From Octopus vulgaris (taxonomy: Eukaryota), in NCBI GenBank assembly GCA_951406725.2, contig OX597814.1, forward strand, positions 169,218,001-169,280,000: a stretch of DNA of 62,000 bases. The letters are read 5' to 3'. Within the stretch, counting starts at the first letter, position 1. Each line of letters begins with the position of its first letter. The notes below the pieces were generated by a model that saw nothing but the letters and a program-made list of their open reading frames with translations, did no database searches and had not been told where the DNA came from. This document shows positions 1 through 13,025 of the stretch, one piece after another. Both the position numbers and the translations under genes were made by a program.

Positions 1-240
1 GTAAATAACGTTCCGCTGGGCTGGACATGCCAAAAGGTTCACAGACAACAGGTGGACCCATGCAGTTGTCAAATGATATCCAAAAAATCAGTAAAGGCCA
101 TTCGGAAGGCCTCTACAACAATGGGAAGACAGTTTAATCAAGCTGGAAAAGAATGGCGCAGTTAAAACAGAATTGGAAGCGCATTGTGACCAGCAGTGTA
201 TAACAGAAGTTGATGGTGTGGTCGATACTGTGATAGTGTG
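1..240 (+). mobile_element. RTE-clade LINE, C-terminal remnant
   Basis: From 11 reads FRWAGHAKRFTDNRWTHAVVK*YPKNQ*RPFGRPLQQWED, matching the RTE C-terminal WAGH...DNRWT...RPxGRP..W.D pattern; in-frame stops. Confidence 0.75.
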
Positions 241-374
241 ATATGTGATGGAAACCTGGTAAATCTCTGGCCTTATGAGTCCCAAGGCTCATAATATATC
301 TAAATCTATTTACAGAATAAATATGTTATAAGACCTGTTAGGGCAAGTGAAATCGAAATTGAACCAAATTCAAT

Positions 375-830
375 GACTGGCACCCGTGCCAGTGGAGCGC
401 TAACAGCTCCATCCAAGCGGTATCACTGTCAGAGCAGCTGTTTGGCTTCCGTGCCGGTGACACATAAAAAGCACCATTTCTGTGTGATTGTTACCAGCGT
501 CGCCTTACTGGCACTTGTGCCAATGGCACGTGAACAAAATATTCGAGCGAGTTCATTGCCAGTGCCACTGGACTGACTCCTGTGCAGGTGGCATGTAAAA
601 AATACCATTTGAGTGTGGCCATTACCAGTACCGCCAGACTGGCCCTCGTGCCAGTGGCACGTAAAAGCACCCACTACACGCTCGGAGTGGTTGGGGTTAG
701 GAAGGGCATCCAGCTGTAGAAACACTGCCAGATCAGATTGGAGCCTGGTGCAGCCATCTGGTTCGCCAGTCCGCAGTCAAATCGTCCAACCCATGCTAGC
801 ATGGAAAGTGGACATTAAATGATGATGATG
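375..830 (+). mobile_element. SINE-like repeat family S2 ((GAT)n tail)
   Basis: Modular gccagtggcac/aaaagcacc units, then ggaagggcatccagctgtagaaa and ccaacccatgctagcatggaaa...gatgatgatg; many copies in the window. Confidence 0.7.
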
Positions 831-2263
831 ATGGAAAAGAAATTCAAAGAGAAAAATCTCACATTTAGTCAAAATATATATAAGAAAATCACATTAGGGT
901 TACTTTTAAAAACGGAATCATATATTATTGTCACTGTTTTAATGTCCGTCTTTCCGTACTTGCTTTAGTCTGATGGAATTTGTTGAATCAGCTTTTTTAG
1001 GGCTAGATGTCCTTGTCACCAAACCACACCTGTTTCCAAGCTAGTAAATATTTCCCTATGACCAGATACATTGTCATGAAATAAATGATATTGCTTGTGT
1101 GACAGTGATACTCATTCACAACTATCATGTGATGTCTTTCAATTTCTGTCTACCATATCAACTCACAAGGCTTTTGCTGGCTGAGGGCTATAGCAGAAGA
1201 CACTCGTTCAATGTGTCATGTAGTGAGATTGAACCTGAAACCACATGGTTTGGAAACAAATTCTTCACCACACAGCCATGCTTGAACTTTTCACACACAC
1301 ACACACACATGCGCGCACACACACACGCACACACACACACACACACACACATTTACAGGCAACACCAGTTTAAATTGGAAGAAAGAAGAAGCATTCTAAA
1401 ATGACAAATTGTAATGCATTTCAAATACTCAAGAACTGCAATTTCAGTTGCCTTTTTGCTGCACTATCTTTATATTTCTTTACACACTGTGGAATTTCTG
1501 CAGCAGTGATGTACTTTTTTTTACTTTTTGATCATTTCTTTATTTTCTGAATGTTCTTTTTCAAAGATTTCTGAGAATTTTTAAAACAGTTACCTGAAAT
1601 TTTTTGATTTTGGATTTCCTTTAATGAAATGCCACATATTTAATTTACTCTGCGGATAAAAAGCATGGTGATAAATTTACCGATGATATATTAGCTCAGA
1701 ATGAAATTACAGGTGATCTGTTTACTGCTAGTGTAATTAGCTCCGTTGAATTTACCATAAACTCTTTCATCAATCCAACTGCCTAATTATTATGTTGATT
1801 GCATTCAGTGCACACTTAATTTGTATCAGTTAATGCATGTTGTAGATATGCCTTTGTGATTGAGGAAGTTTGTTTCTGAAGCAGATGGTTTTGGGTTCAG
1901 TCCCACTGCATGACACCTTGGGCAAGTATCTTCTATCATAGACACAGGCTCACCAATACACTGTGATTAAATATGGTAAACAGGAATTCTGTGGAAGTCA
2001 AACATCTCCACCATCATCATTGTTTTAACATCTACTATTCTGTGCTTGCATGGGTCAGATGAAAGTATGTTGGGGTGGCAGAGTTTTCTATAATTGGATG
2101 CCCTATCTATTATCAGCCTGCACATTTTTCCAGACTAGGTTATAATCTCTTAATCTATTGAACAATGACCAGGTCAGACATATTTACATGAACTAGAAAC
2201 AAATGCCACCAAAACAAGTGGTTTTTGCCTACAAAGTTTATACAGTATGTCAAGACTTATCAA

Positions 2264-2264
<1 letters not shown>

Positions 2265-2344
<80 letters not shown>
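2265..2344. repeat. (CA)n microsatellite
   Basis: Direct reading. Confidence 0.95.
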
Positions 2345-2345
<1 letters not shown>

Positions 2346-2679
2346 TATCTAGCTTTACATAGAACTAAGCCCTAATGATTTGAGGATCTGGGGGGAAAAC
2401 TTTCCCTGAGGAACAGAGAAAATATTAATTCATTGAACAATAATGCTTGTATAATAGGACCTGTGTAGGAAACCTCTCCCTACAAGTGAATAGCTAATGT
2501 TTGCAAAAATTTTCTTTCCAGATATCAAAAGCTGTCCCTCAGCTATTCATATATTCTTATTGTGCAGTCCATAATCCTAGAGCTGTTGCAGTCAATGTGG
2601 ATACGATAGAAGATAAGTTTGGTGAGTTGTTGAAATGCAAGAATGGAGGTTTGAGGATGTGTGCTGCATGCAAGAGGCA

Positions 2680-3960
2680 AGCTGGAGGTGAGCCTCAGCC
2701 ATATTTCCTATGGGCTAATGACAAAGGAATAGATTCTTCTGTGTATGCAATAATGCTGATATGAGGTGGTGTGGGCATACTGTTGGCAGAGAAGTGGGTA
2801 CATAAAATGATCAAGGCATTTAGAAAATGTGATACAGTAATTCATCTTTGGCTAGTCTTGGACAACACAATAATGACATTTTTCTCTATATATGCTCCTC
2901 AACTGAGATTAGCAGATGTAGAAAAGAACCTATTTTATGAAGTCTTTTTGCAGATTACATTGATGATGAATGATAATCCCTTCTCTTCATGGTTGTTGTC
3001 TTTAATGGACATGTTGAGCAGTACTATGATAGATTTTATGGCATAGAAATGAGGAGTGAACAAAGCTGTTGGATGTATGTGATGTAAATGGCCTGATGAT
3101 CCACATCACTAACTTCAGGAAACTAGCCAACCACTTGATCATTTACCAGATTGACTACATTTTTTTTTAATGTAAAGTCCTCTGGGAAAAATGTATAACT
3201 CAAGTTAGTGACTTCAGAATTAAAGCTAAAAAGATTTTGAAAAATAAAGCAGTCTCTAAAAGGAAAATATGGATACTTAGAGATTCATTGAAGAGTCAAA
3301 AATGTAGAGAAGTACTAGTTGAAGCATAGGATGCAATGGAAGAGATCAAGACACACAAAATAGGATACGATTGGAGGTTCTTTCAGGCCAACATACTGAG
3401 AGCTATAAACTAAATCTGTGGCTAGTGTAATGTTCCAGCAAGACCAATGGGGACATAGTGGTGGAACAGTGAGAGAGTCATAAAAGCAAAGAGACAGGCT
3501 TGAACAAAAACTAGATGACATATTTAATAATGGGAGAAGCAGAAAGTAAGAGTTTTACCATCATGAGGTTCTACAGCATGAGGAACAGGTTTTCCAGATT
3601 GCAAGGCAATGTATCAGATGAAAATTTTTTTCTACTATAGGCACAAGGCCAGAAATTTTGCAGGAGGGGCTGGTCAATTACATTGACACAAGTGTTCAAC
3701 TGGTACTTATTTTATCGACTCTGAAAGGATGAAAGGCAAAGTCAACCTTGGCAGAATTTGAACTCAGAATGTAAAGACTGACAAAATGCCTCTAAGCATT
3801 CTGTTTGGCATGCTGACAACTCTGCCAGTTCACCACCTTTGCATCAGAGAAAATTGAGACATTGTGGGAGAGAAGTGTGTATGGATTGATAATGACACAC
3901 CTGCACTTAGTGGTTCTGAAAAGAGAGAGGCAAAGAAGTGCTCCTATGAAAGGTTATAAA
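2680..3960 (+). mobile_element. RTE-clade LINE endonuclease/linker remnant, interrupted by a SINE
   Basis: GVGILLAEKWV...SIYAPQ...FNGHV...KLLDVCDVNGLMI...QIDYI (APE endonuclease), later DIVGEKCV...YERL; frameshifted. Confidence 0.7.
3630..3840 (-). mobile_element. SINE family S3, partial
   Basis: Matches S3 (gaaaggatgaaaggcaaagtcaacc, gaatttgaactcagaa). Confidence 0.75.
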
Positions 3961-4029
3961 ATATGGAAAATGCATGGTAGGAAGAGTGTTTATCCAACAA
4001 TGGCCACCATCCATTCTAATAGACAGCAA

Positions 4030-4260
4030 TATTATTTCTTTATTGCCCACAAGGGGCTACACATAGAGGGGACAAACAAGGACAGACAAACGGATTAAGT
4101 TGATTATATCAACCCCAGTGCATAACTGGTACTTATCTAAATGACCCAGAAAAGAATGAAAGGTAAAGTCAACCTTGGCAAAATATGAACTCGGAATGTA
4201 GTGGCAGACAAAATACTGCTAAGCATTCTGCCCGGCGTGCTAATGTTTCTACCAGCTCAT
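4030..4260 (-). mobile_element. SINE family S3
   Basis: Reverse of tail agccccttgtgggcaataaagaaata plus S3 body and head. Confidence 0.8.
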
Positions 4261-4608
4261 GATAGATAAAACGATTATGGATATGCTTCTTTTATATGTA
4301 CTTATCTGACCATACTAGTATGGAAAAATGAGTATAAAATTAACACACTCAGTAGAAATGTATATCCATGAAGGTAAATCAAGTAACCGATGACATGCTG
4401 TTTGATGTACTTATGATATTCAAAACACCAACAATCAGCTTGATCTACATTAATCTATTCTAATAAGTGCATCTGAATTATTCCCCTTAGTTTATTTTGC
4501 TTAATACTCTCAGACCTGCCCCCCTGTGTCTAATTTTACTCTTTGTCTGGACTCCTGAGCAAAAACATAAATAGTTGCATATACTGCTAAAGAGTGATGA
4601 TTGCAGGT

Positions 4609-4770
4609 AAACTAATGGACAGAATCAAAAAAAAAAATTTAGACGAATAACAAAAATAGGCCTTTCTCTCAACAACTGTATTTGTTAGGCAAACTAATGG
4701 ACAAAATCATAAAAAAAATTCAGGAAAATAACAGTAATAGGGATTTCTCTCAACTACTGTATTTGTTTAC
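4609..4770. repeat. Two-copy ~82-bp tandem duplication
   Basis: aaactaatggac...ctctcaac..ctgtatttgtt repeated at 4609 and 4691. Confidence 0.75.
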
Positions 4771-4899
4771 CTGAATCACTACTTTCATCATCCCTTTCAC
4801 CTGTCTGATTGTCTGAATCACTCTCATTGCTAGTGTGAGTGTAAAATCTTTATCTGAAGAATAAATATCATCAATAATTTTCTCAGTTGCAAAGAGTTT

Positions 4900-5122
4900 C
4901 TTTTACTCTTTAAACTTGTTTCAGTCATTTGACTCCGGCCATGCTGGAGAACCGCCTTTAGTCAAGCAAATCGACCCCAGGACTTATTCTTTGTAAGCCT
5001 AGAACTTATTCTATTGGTCTCTTTTTGCCAAACCACTATGTTATGGGGACATAAACACACCAGCATCGGTTGTCAAGCGATGTTTGGCAGAACAAACACA
5101 GACACACAAACACACACACACA

Positions 5123-5158
<36 letters not shown>

Positions 5159-5305
5159 GCTTCTTTCAGTTTCTGTCTACCAAATCCACTCACAAGGCTT
5201 TGGTCGGCCCGAGGCTATAGTAGAAGACACTTGCCACGCAGTGGGACTGAACCTGGAACCATGTGGTTGGTAAGCAAGATACTTACCACACAGCCACTCC
5301 TGCAT
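4900..5305 (-). mobile_element. SINE family S1 (tRNA head, CORE-like cttgggcaagt region), near full length
   Basis: Reverse of ggctgtgtggtaag...ggttcagtcccactg...gcaagtgtcttctactatagcc...gaaactgaaagaagccc and tail ...gactgaaacaagt. Confidence 0.85.
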
Positions 5306-5629
5306 CAAGACTACACCTTGCTCGTTTATAAGATGAAGTGCTGGGTTCATAACATGCTGGTTTAATTGCAATTTTTTTTTTCTTTTTTGATTAAAAACAA
5401 CAGTAGCAGCAGCTATGGGATCACAATTAACAATAAATCATAAACAAATTTGGGTGCAAAGCTGCAATATGTGATCGGTTATCTAATTTTGATATTTTAT
5501 CTTCTTTATTTTTTTATGTATATTATTCATTACTGCTTTAGTGGGAATGTGATAGAGATGACATTTAAGCTATTTCTGCTATATCAAGAACATAGTATGA
5601 CAGGGTTAAAATTATTCTTGGTCTATGTT

Positions 5630-5950
5630 TAGGTCTCCCATCAGTTTGCTTGGCTTGAAGAATCCATCTTGCAATATGTTCCTGCAACATTCTAATTACA
5701 TGTTTGTAGTACAAGAGGTATGACTTCTCATTGCAGAGAAATAGCAGCTTGACCTGGAGAACCTCTCTGTCTCCTAGCTATGCTCCCTGTTGAGTAACAT
5801 TACTCCAGAGATCATTCTGAACCCCATTTGAGCTGTTTGTATATGTGAGTATACTTTTTGGTCATTACACAGCATTCACAACCTTGGTGAGGAAAGGCTT
5901 GAAAACTGAACTGAAGATACCAAGTTTGGCCTTTTTTTACCAACCTCCTT
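5630..5950 (-). mobile_element. Old RTE-like LINE C-terminal fragment
   Basis: Minus strand QTAQMGFRMISGVMLLNREH...YYKHVIRM...DGRPK resembles the RTE C-terminus; degenerate. Confidence 0.4.
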
Positions 5951-6180
5951 TTTTCAGAGAATCAATCACTGGAACTAGTGCACTACTTTGCTGGCATCTG
6001 CAATTAAAAAATCAAAACTAGTATAGTAGATTTGATCTAAGGTGTGGTTTTAGGGATACCTGGCCGTTATTTCTGATAAATATCCTTCAATTTATATCTT
6101 ACTGCTTCAGAAAAGGAAGAATGCATTGGTAAATCTAATCTCGTCCTATGGATATGCAAAAAAAAAAGAAAAAAAGGGAT

Positions 6181-6900
6181 TGGCGCAAGAGTGGCTGTGT
6201 GGTAAGTAGCTTGCTTACGAACCACATGGTTCCAGGTTCAGTCCCACTGTGTGGCATCTTGGGCAAGTGTCTTCTACTATAGCCTTGGGCTGACCAAAGC
6301 CTTGTGAGTGGATTTGGTAGACGGAAACTGAAAGAAGCCCATCGTAGTCCAACCCATGCTAGCATGGAAAACGGACGCTAAACGATGATGATGATGATGA
6401 TGATATAACGGGAAAGTTTACGAAAATAAACAAAAGACGAAGGCAGGTGGAGTACAAACAAACAAATGTATTAGTATAGCGCTCAGGAATAGAAATAGAA
6501 AAAGTCTTTTACATTTCAAGCCTACGCTCTTCGACAGAAAGATACACAGAAAAATACAAGGAGAGAAACAAGGAGAGAAAAAAAATGCGTGTAGGAGCTA
6601 ACGATCTATCATGGCGTCCTGACTTCGGACAGTGGTCAGACGCGAGAGGGACAGTAGGGGAGATAACAGGGTCAAGTGACTTCCAATATACCCCCCCCCC
6701 CCCGCCCCAAAAAAACATTGCTTGACAATCGATGCTGGTGTGCTTATGTCCCCATAACTTAGTGGTTCAGCAAAAGAGACTGATAGAATAAGTACTAGGC
6801 TTACAAAGAATAAGTCCTGGGGTTGATTTGCTCGACTAAAGGCGGTGCTCCAGCATGGCCACAGTCACATGACTGAAACAAGTAAAAGAGTAAGAGTATA
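6181..6900 (+). mobile_element. SINE S1 with an S2 tail and a Penelope-like fragment in its central linker
   Basis: S1 head 6181-6345, S2 tail 6346-6405, insert 6405-6695, S1 tail 6700-6900. Confidence 0.8.
6405..6695 (-). mobile_element. Putative Penelope-like terminal fragment with minimal hammerhead-like motif
   Basis: Same sequence as 10375-10580; hammerhead geometry at 6505-6542 on the minus strand. Confidence 0.5.
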
Positions 6901-7411
6901 GTCATTGCTAAAATACCTTCCATTATAAGGTCTGTTTAACCAATACTGACCTGGGGTTAAAAAAACCAATAACAACCTTCTACTTTATGAGTCAATGATA
7001 GCAAAAAATTTGTTGTATTTTAACTAATTATATCTCTTCACAACAAATGTGTGGCCTTGAATTAAAGTTACAAAATCATTATTATTAGAATTTTTCTCTC
7101 TCCTTCTTTTTCTATATGAAGGAGAAACAATGTTGAGAGTGAGGAATACAAATCACTTTAACCAACCAACTAGCTAGCCAACCAACTAACCAGCCAACCA
7201 GTCCAGCCAGCCAACCAGCCAGCCAACCAGTCACACTAGCTTGTTCAGAACTGCAAATTGTTAAACTCACAACACTCCCTGAATCTTGCTGTTTTGAATG
7301 AAAAATCATAAAACTCAGCAGCTCTTAATACTTCCATTATTTGCTAATCAAGCAAAGAAAAATTGTAAAATTGCCATTCATTCTAGCTCACATTCAGAGT
7401 TCAGTATTCAT

Positions 7412-8046
7412 GGCATTATAAAACCTAGAGGGTATGAAAAAAAAAAAAAAAAAGGAAATTTTTAATGGTCTTTTCTGACATGGCTAAATATTGATTGGTA
7501 ACATAGGCATAGGATCATAAATTCTACAAAAGGTAACTCTGAATAAGATTCTTAAATTATTCCTAGTATTTGACTGGTGCTATGTTTTAATGACACTGGA
7601 AGGACAACTAGTACATCCAGCCCCAGTGAGATTTCTGCTGCAATGTAAAAAGGACACATCTTAATAAAATACCCAAAGGTATGGCTGTGCGATTTTGCAA
7701 CTACACGTTTTGAGGTTCAGTTCCGGCATTATAAAACCTAGAGGGTATGAAAAAAAAAAAAAAAAGAAAAAGAAAATTTTTAATGGTCTTTTCTGACATG
7801 GCTAAATATTGATTGGTAACATAGGCATAGGATCATAAATTCTACAAAAGGTAACTCTGAATAAGATTCTTAAATTATTCCTAGTATTTGACTGGTGTTA
7901 TATTTTAATGACACCGGAAGGACAACTAGTACATCCAGCCCCAGTGAGATTTCTGCTGCAATGTAAAAGGGACATATCTTAATAAGATACCCAAAGGTAT
8001 GGCTGTGCGATTTTGCAACCACACGTTTTGAGGTTCAGCTCCATGG
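7412..8046. repeat. 313-bp near-perfect tandem duplication
   Basis: ggcattataaaacctagagg at 7412 and 7725; units nearly identical. Confidence 0.95.
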
Positions 8047-8589
8047 AGCGACACCTTGGGCAAATGTCTTCTCCTATGTTAGCCCAGGCCAGTCAACACT
8101 TTGTGAGTGAGGCTGGTTGACGGAATCTGTCTGGAAGTTCATACTGTCATTGACTTTGTCCTCCTCCTCCTCCTCCTCCTCCTGCTTTTTACTTGCTTTA
8201 GTCTTTAGACAGTGGCCATGCTGAGCATCGCCTCGAAGAGTTCTTCGTAGAATGAATTGACCCCCAGTAAACTCTTTTACTCTTTTAACTTATATGTACA
8301 CACACATACACAAACACAGGGTTCCTCACAGTTTCCACCAACCAAATTCACTTACAAGGCAGTGGTCAACCCAGGACTGCTGTAGAAGACACTCGACCAT
8401 AGTGCCATACGGTGGGACTGAACCCAAAACCATGTGGTTGCAAAGTGAGCTTCTTAACCACCTTTAGTCGAGCACCTAGTACATTCTGTTAAGTAGTTGG
8501 TGTTAGGAGGGACATGAAGCCATATAAGCCATGTGAAAGCAGACATTGGAGCTTGGTACAGTCTCCCTGCTCACTAGTTCTTGTTGAGC

Positions 8590-8967
8590 CATCCAACCCA
8601 TGCCAGCATGAAAAACAGATGCTTACTGATGATGATGATGATGATGATGATGATTATGATGATAAGGGTTGGTGACAGGAAGAGCATTTGGCCATAAAAT
8701 TCTGCCTCAGATAAATCCTCATCTAACCCATGTAAGCATGGAAAACAGATGCTAAATGATGATGATGATGGTGATGATGATGATGATGATGACGACGACG
8801 ACGACGATGACGATGATGATGATGATGAGGAAGATGATGATGATGATGGTGATGATGATGATGATGATGATGATGATGACGACGATGACGACGACGACGA
8901 CTATGATGATGATGATGAGGAAGATGATGATGATGATAGTGATGATGACGACGACGACGACGACGAC

Positions 8968-9012
<45 letters not shown>

Positions 9013-9161
9013 ATGGGTCAGTGGCAGGAAGAGTATTTGGCCATAAAATTCCGCCAGCATGGAAAACAGATGCTAAATGATGATGACGATGGTGATGATG
9101 ATGATGGTGATGGTGATGATGATGATGATGATGATGATGAGGAAGATGATGATGATGATGG

Positions 9162-9193
<32 letters not shown>

Positions 9194-9300
9194 GTAACGA
9201 TGATGTTAAGAGTTGGTTTACAGGAAGAGTAATTGGCCATAAAATTCTGCCTCAAATAAGTCTTCATACAACCCATGCCAGCATGGAAAAGTGGATATTA
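8590..9300 (+). repeat. Serial S2-type tails with long (GAT/GAC)n arrays
   Basis: Repeated ggaagag..ttggccataaaatt....gcatggaaaa units separated by (GAT)n tracts sharing gaggaagat interruptions. Confidence 0.85.
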
Positions 9301-9439
9301 TTATTGAATGAAAGATCAAAAGGTAAGCCATCTGTTGCTCTGTTGATCCTGTTGCTCACTGCCCTCAACTTGGCTGAATATCAAAATGGCACCTCAAAGC
9401 AGAAGTAGAATATTTCTTGAAGACTTGAAAGAATTATTT

Positions 9440-9770
9440 ATAGCTATGTGGTTAAGAAGCTCACTTTGCAACCACATGGTTTTGGGTTCAGTCCCACCGT
9501 ATGGCACTTTGGTCGAGTGTCTTCTACAACAGTCCTGGGTTGACCACTGCCTTGTAAGTGAATTTGGTTGGTGGAAACTGTGAGGAACCCTGTGTTTGTG
9601 TATGTGTGTGTGTACATATAAGTATATATGTATGTGGGTATATATGCATGTATGTATATATGTGTGTGTATTTGTGTTGTTTGTTCTCCATCACGGCTTG
9701 ATAACAGGTTTGTTTATGTTCCTGTGACTTAGTGGTTTGGTGAAAGAGACTAACAGAATAAGTAACAGAC
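9440..9770 (+). mobile_element. SINE S1, degenerate
   Basis: S1 head and tail motifs. Confidence 0.7.
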
Positions 9771-9809
9771 TTAAGAGATGAATAAATAAATAAATAAATA
9801 AATAATTAG

Positions 9810-10195
9810 GCACAGAAGTGGCTGTGTGGTAAGAAGCTTGCTTCCCAACCACATGGTTCCAGGTTCAGTCCTATGGTGTGGCACCTTGGGCAAGTGTTTC
9901 CTAATATAACTTTGGGTTGACCAAGCCCTTGTGAGTGGACTTAGTAGACAGAAACTGAAAGATGCCCATCAATGTATATATGTATCTGTGTGTGTGTGTT
10001 TGTCCCTCCGCTATCGTTTGACAATTGATGTTAGTGTGTTTACGTCTCCCTGTATCTTAGCGGGTCAGCAAAAGAACCTGATAGACTATAAAGAATAAGT
10101 CCTGGGCTCGATTTGTTCGACTAAAGGAGTTGCTCCAGCATGGCAGCAGTCAAATGACTGAAACAAGTAAAAGAATAAAATAAAAAAGATAAATA
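9810..10195 (+). mobile_element. SINE S1
   Basis: S1 head and tail motifs. Confidence 0.85.
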
Positions 10196-10209
10196 CTGGG
10201 CGTAGGATA

Positions 10210-10795
10210 GGCGTAGGAGTGGCTGTGTGGTAAGTAGCTTGTTTACGAACCACATGGGTCCAGGTTCAGTCCCACTGCGTGGCACCTTGGGCAAGTGTCT
10301 TCTACTATAGCCTCGGGCCGACCAAAGCCTTGTAAGTGGATTTGGTAGACGGAAACTGAAAGAAGCCCATCGTATATATAACGGGAAGCTTTATGAAAAT
10401 AAACAAAAGACGAAGGCAGGTGGAATACAAACGAACAATTGTATTTGTATGGCGCTCAGGAATATAAATAAAACAAGTCTTTTACGTTTCGAGCCTATGC
10501 TCTTTAACAGAAAGATACACAGAAAAGAAACACAGAAAGAAACAAGGAGAGAAAAAAATGCGTGCAGAGGCTAGCGATGTTTGTGTGTCTGTGTTCCCCC
10601 CTCCCCAACATCACTTGACAACTGATGCTGGTGTGTTTACGTCCCCGTAACTTAGCGGTTCGGCAAAAGAGACCGATAGAATAAGTACTAGGCTTACAAA
10701 GAATAAGTCCTGGGGTCGATTTGCTCGACTAAAGGCGATGCTCCACTCCAGCGTGACCACAGTCAAATTAACTGAAACAAGTAAAAGATATAAAA
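10210..10795 (+). mobile_element. SINE S1 with a Penelope-like fragment in its central (TA) linker
   Basis: S1 head 10210-10375, insert 10375-10580, S1 tail to 10795. Confidence 0.85.
10375..10580 (-). mobile_element. Putative Penelope-like terminal fragment with minimal hammerhead-like motif
   Basis: Homologous to 6405-6600; motif at 10478-10515 on the minus strand. Confidence 0.5.
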
Positions 10796-10929
10796 GCTAA
10801 AAAAAGAAAAGCAGTTTCAGTTTCACAAAATTCAAGATAGAAAGAGAAAATGAGAGGAAAAATGATAATAAATGACAGAAATAAATCAAATTTGAATCAA
10901 TAACAGAACCAAAGAAAGGATTTTTCCCC

Positions 10930-11665
10930 TTACTTTCTCTTTCTCTTCTCCTCACTTTCTCTTACCTGCCTGCTTGTTTGACAGTCTCTTTCTCTCACTC
11001 ATTCCCTCTTTCTCCCCTCTCCTTCTCACTTGTCAGCTTATTTGACACTTTCTCTTACTAGTTCTCTGTCTGCGACTCTTTTTCTCTCTCTCTCTCTCTC
11101 AGTTACTTTGTGGGTCTCTTAATCACTTCCTCCCCCGCTGTCTCTTGTTTTTCTCACTTTCCTTTGCTCACACCACAGTTTTTACTTCTTTCTTTTCCCT
11201 CCTCCCACTACACCTTTCAATCTCTCTCTTCTCTCCCCTTCTTTCTTCCTTTCTCTTTCTCCTCTCTCCCTTCCTTCCCCCCTCTCTCTCCTCTTTCCCT
11301 TGCCCTCTCTCTCCCCTTCTCTCCTTTTCTCTCTTCCTCTCTCCCTTCCTTCCCCCTCTCTCTCCTCTTTCCCTTGCCCTCCCTCTCCTTTTCTCTCTCG
11401 TTCGGTCTCCCCATATCTCTCTATCCTTCTCTCCTTTTCTCTCTTCCTTTTTCCCTTCCTTCCCCCTCTCTCTCCGCTTTCCCTTGCCCTCCCTCTCCTC
11501 TTCTCTCTTTCCTTCTGTCTTCATATCTCTCTCTATCATTCTCTCCTTTTCTCTCTTCCTTCCCCCTCTCTCTCCTCTTTCCCTTTCTCTCTCCTTCTGT
11601 CTCCCCGTCTCTCTGTCCTTCTCTCCTTTTCTCTCTTCCTCTCTCTTCTCCTTCCCCCTCTCTCC
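10930..11665. repeat. Polypyrimidine tract with degenerate tandem units
   Basis: Recurrent cttctctccttttctctcttcc / ttccttccccctctctctcctctttcccttgccctc blocks. Confidence 0.9.
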
Positions 11666-12714
11666 AACCGAAAGAAAATCTCTACTTCCTCTGAACATAA
11701 GGAATAGTTATGATACAAAAAATATACAAAAAAACGATAATAGATTTATTCCGCGTTTGACAAACTTCCAGTCTGTGTTCTTAATAAGCGATATTAATTA
11801 CAGAGCATTAAAAGCCAAAATAATAATTACTACATAAGAAAGCGTGGTTTACAAGCAGACAGGATAGTCATGGCAGGAATGCTTTTCCTCATAGGTCTGC
11901 TCAATTAAGCTTTGAACTGGTTGCAGGAACGGGTGGCTTAAACAACAACAACAACAAAAGCAGTAAATCACAGCCGGAACAACTTTGATCAATAAGCCTG
12001 CTCAATCAGGTCTGACCTGGGGCTACACAATAAGAACAACGTAAATTTTCCAAACAAAGGGGGTGAAAAACAAGCCAAAAAAAAAAAATAAAATAAAAAT
12101 AAAATAAACACAAATATAAAAAAAGTTGCAATAGAAAAAAAAAACGGAACAAAGAAATATTAAAATAAATAAATAATAATAAAAAAAAATTAATTATCGA
12201 AAAATATTGGAAGAATCCTGGCAATCCAATTCATTATAACCATTAGTTTTAGCATAGCTTTTATTTGACAAAGAATTTCTTTTCGTAGTGAGTGAAAATC
12301 CTGTTCAATCATTCTGGCTGTGTTTAAATATAAAAAACAAAACAAAAAAAGAAGTCTAACAGCTGCAACTGTCTAAGGTGGGGGTGGAGAAGTGATGTAG
12401 TTTATGTTTATGATACAATCTTTCATTCTTCCTTTCCTCCCTCCCACCACCGCCGTCCTTACCTCCCCCTCCGGCATCTCTTTGTTTATCTCCTTTATAT
12501 TTTCCTCCCACCCTCTCTTCCTCCTCCTCCACCTCCGCCTCGTTTTCGCTCTCGCTCTCTCTCTTTCTTTCTCTTTCTCTCTCGTTCTCTGTCTCTTTGT
12601 CTTTTGCTTTCTGTCCTTTTCTTTCCTGTCTTGTCATATACCCCTCCTTCCCCAACCGCTGCTGTTACTACTACTCTCTCCCTTTTCCTATTGCTACAGC
12701 TAAAATCAGAGCTA

Positions 12715-12735
12715 GAGTGAGAGAGAGAGATATAG

Positions 12736-12774
<39 letters not shown>

Positions 12775-12840
12775 CCGACAGATAGAAGAGATAGATAGAT
12801 AGATAGATAGACCGACAGATAGATAGATAGAGAGATAGAG

Positions 12841-12883
<43 letters not shown>

Positions 12884-12924
12884 CCGACAGATAGATAGAT
12901 AGATAGATAGACCGACAGATAGAG

Positions 12925-13020
<96 letters not shown>

Positions 13021-13025
13021 TGATT
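12715..13025. repeat. (GATA)n microsatellite with recurring accgac interruptions
   Basis: Direct reading. Confidence 0.95.

Noticed and set aside
8749-9408. 219-aa Asp-rich ORF resembling an acidic biomineralisation protein
   Set aside because: It is the (GAT)n tails of S2 repeats read in frame; the non-repeat parts are SINE tail sequence.
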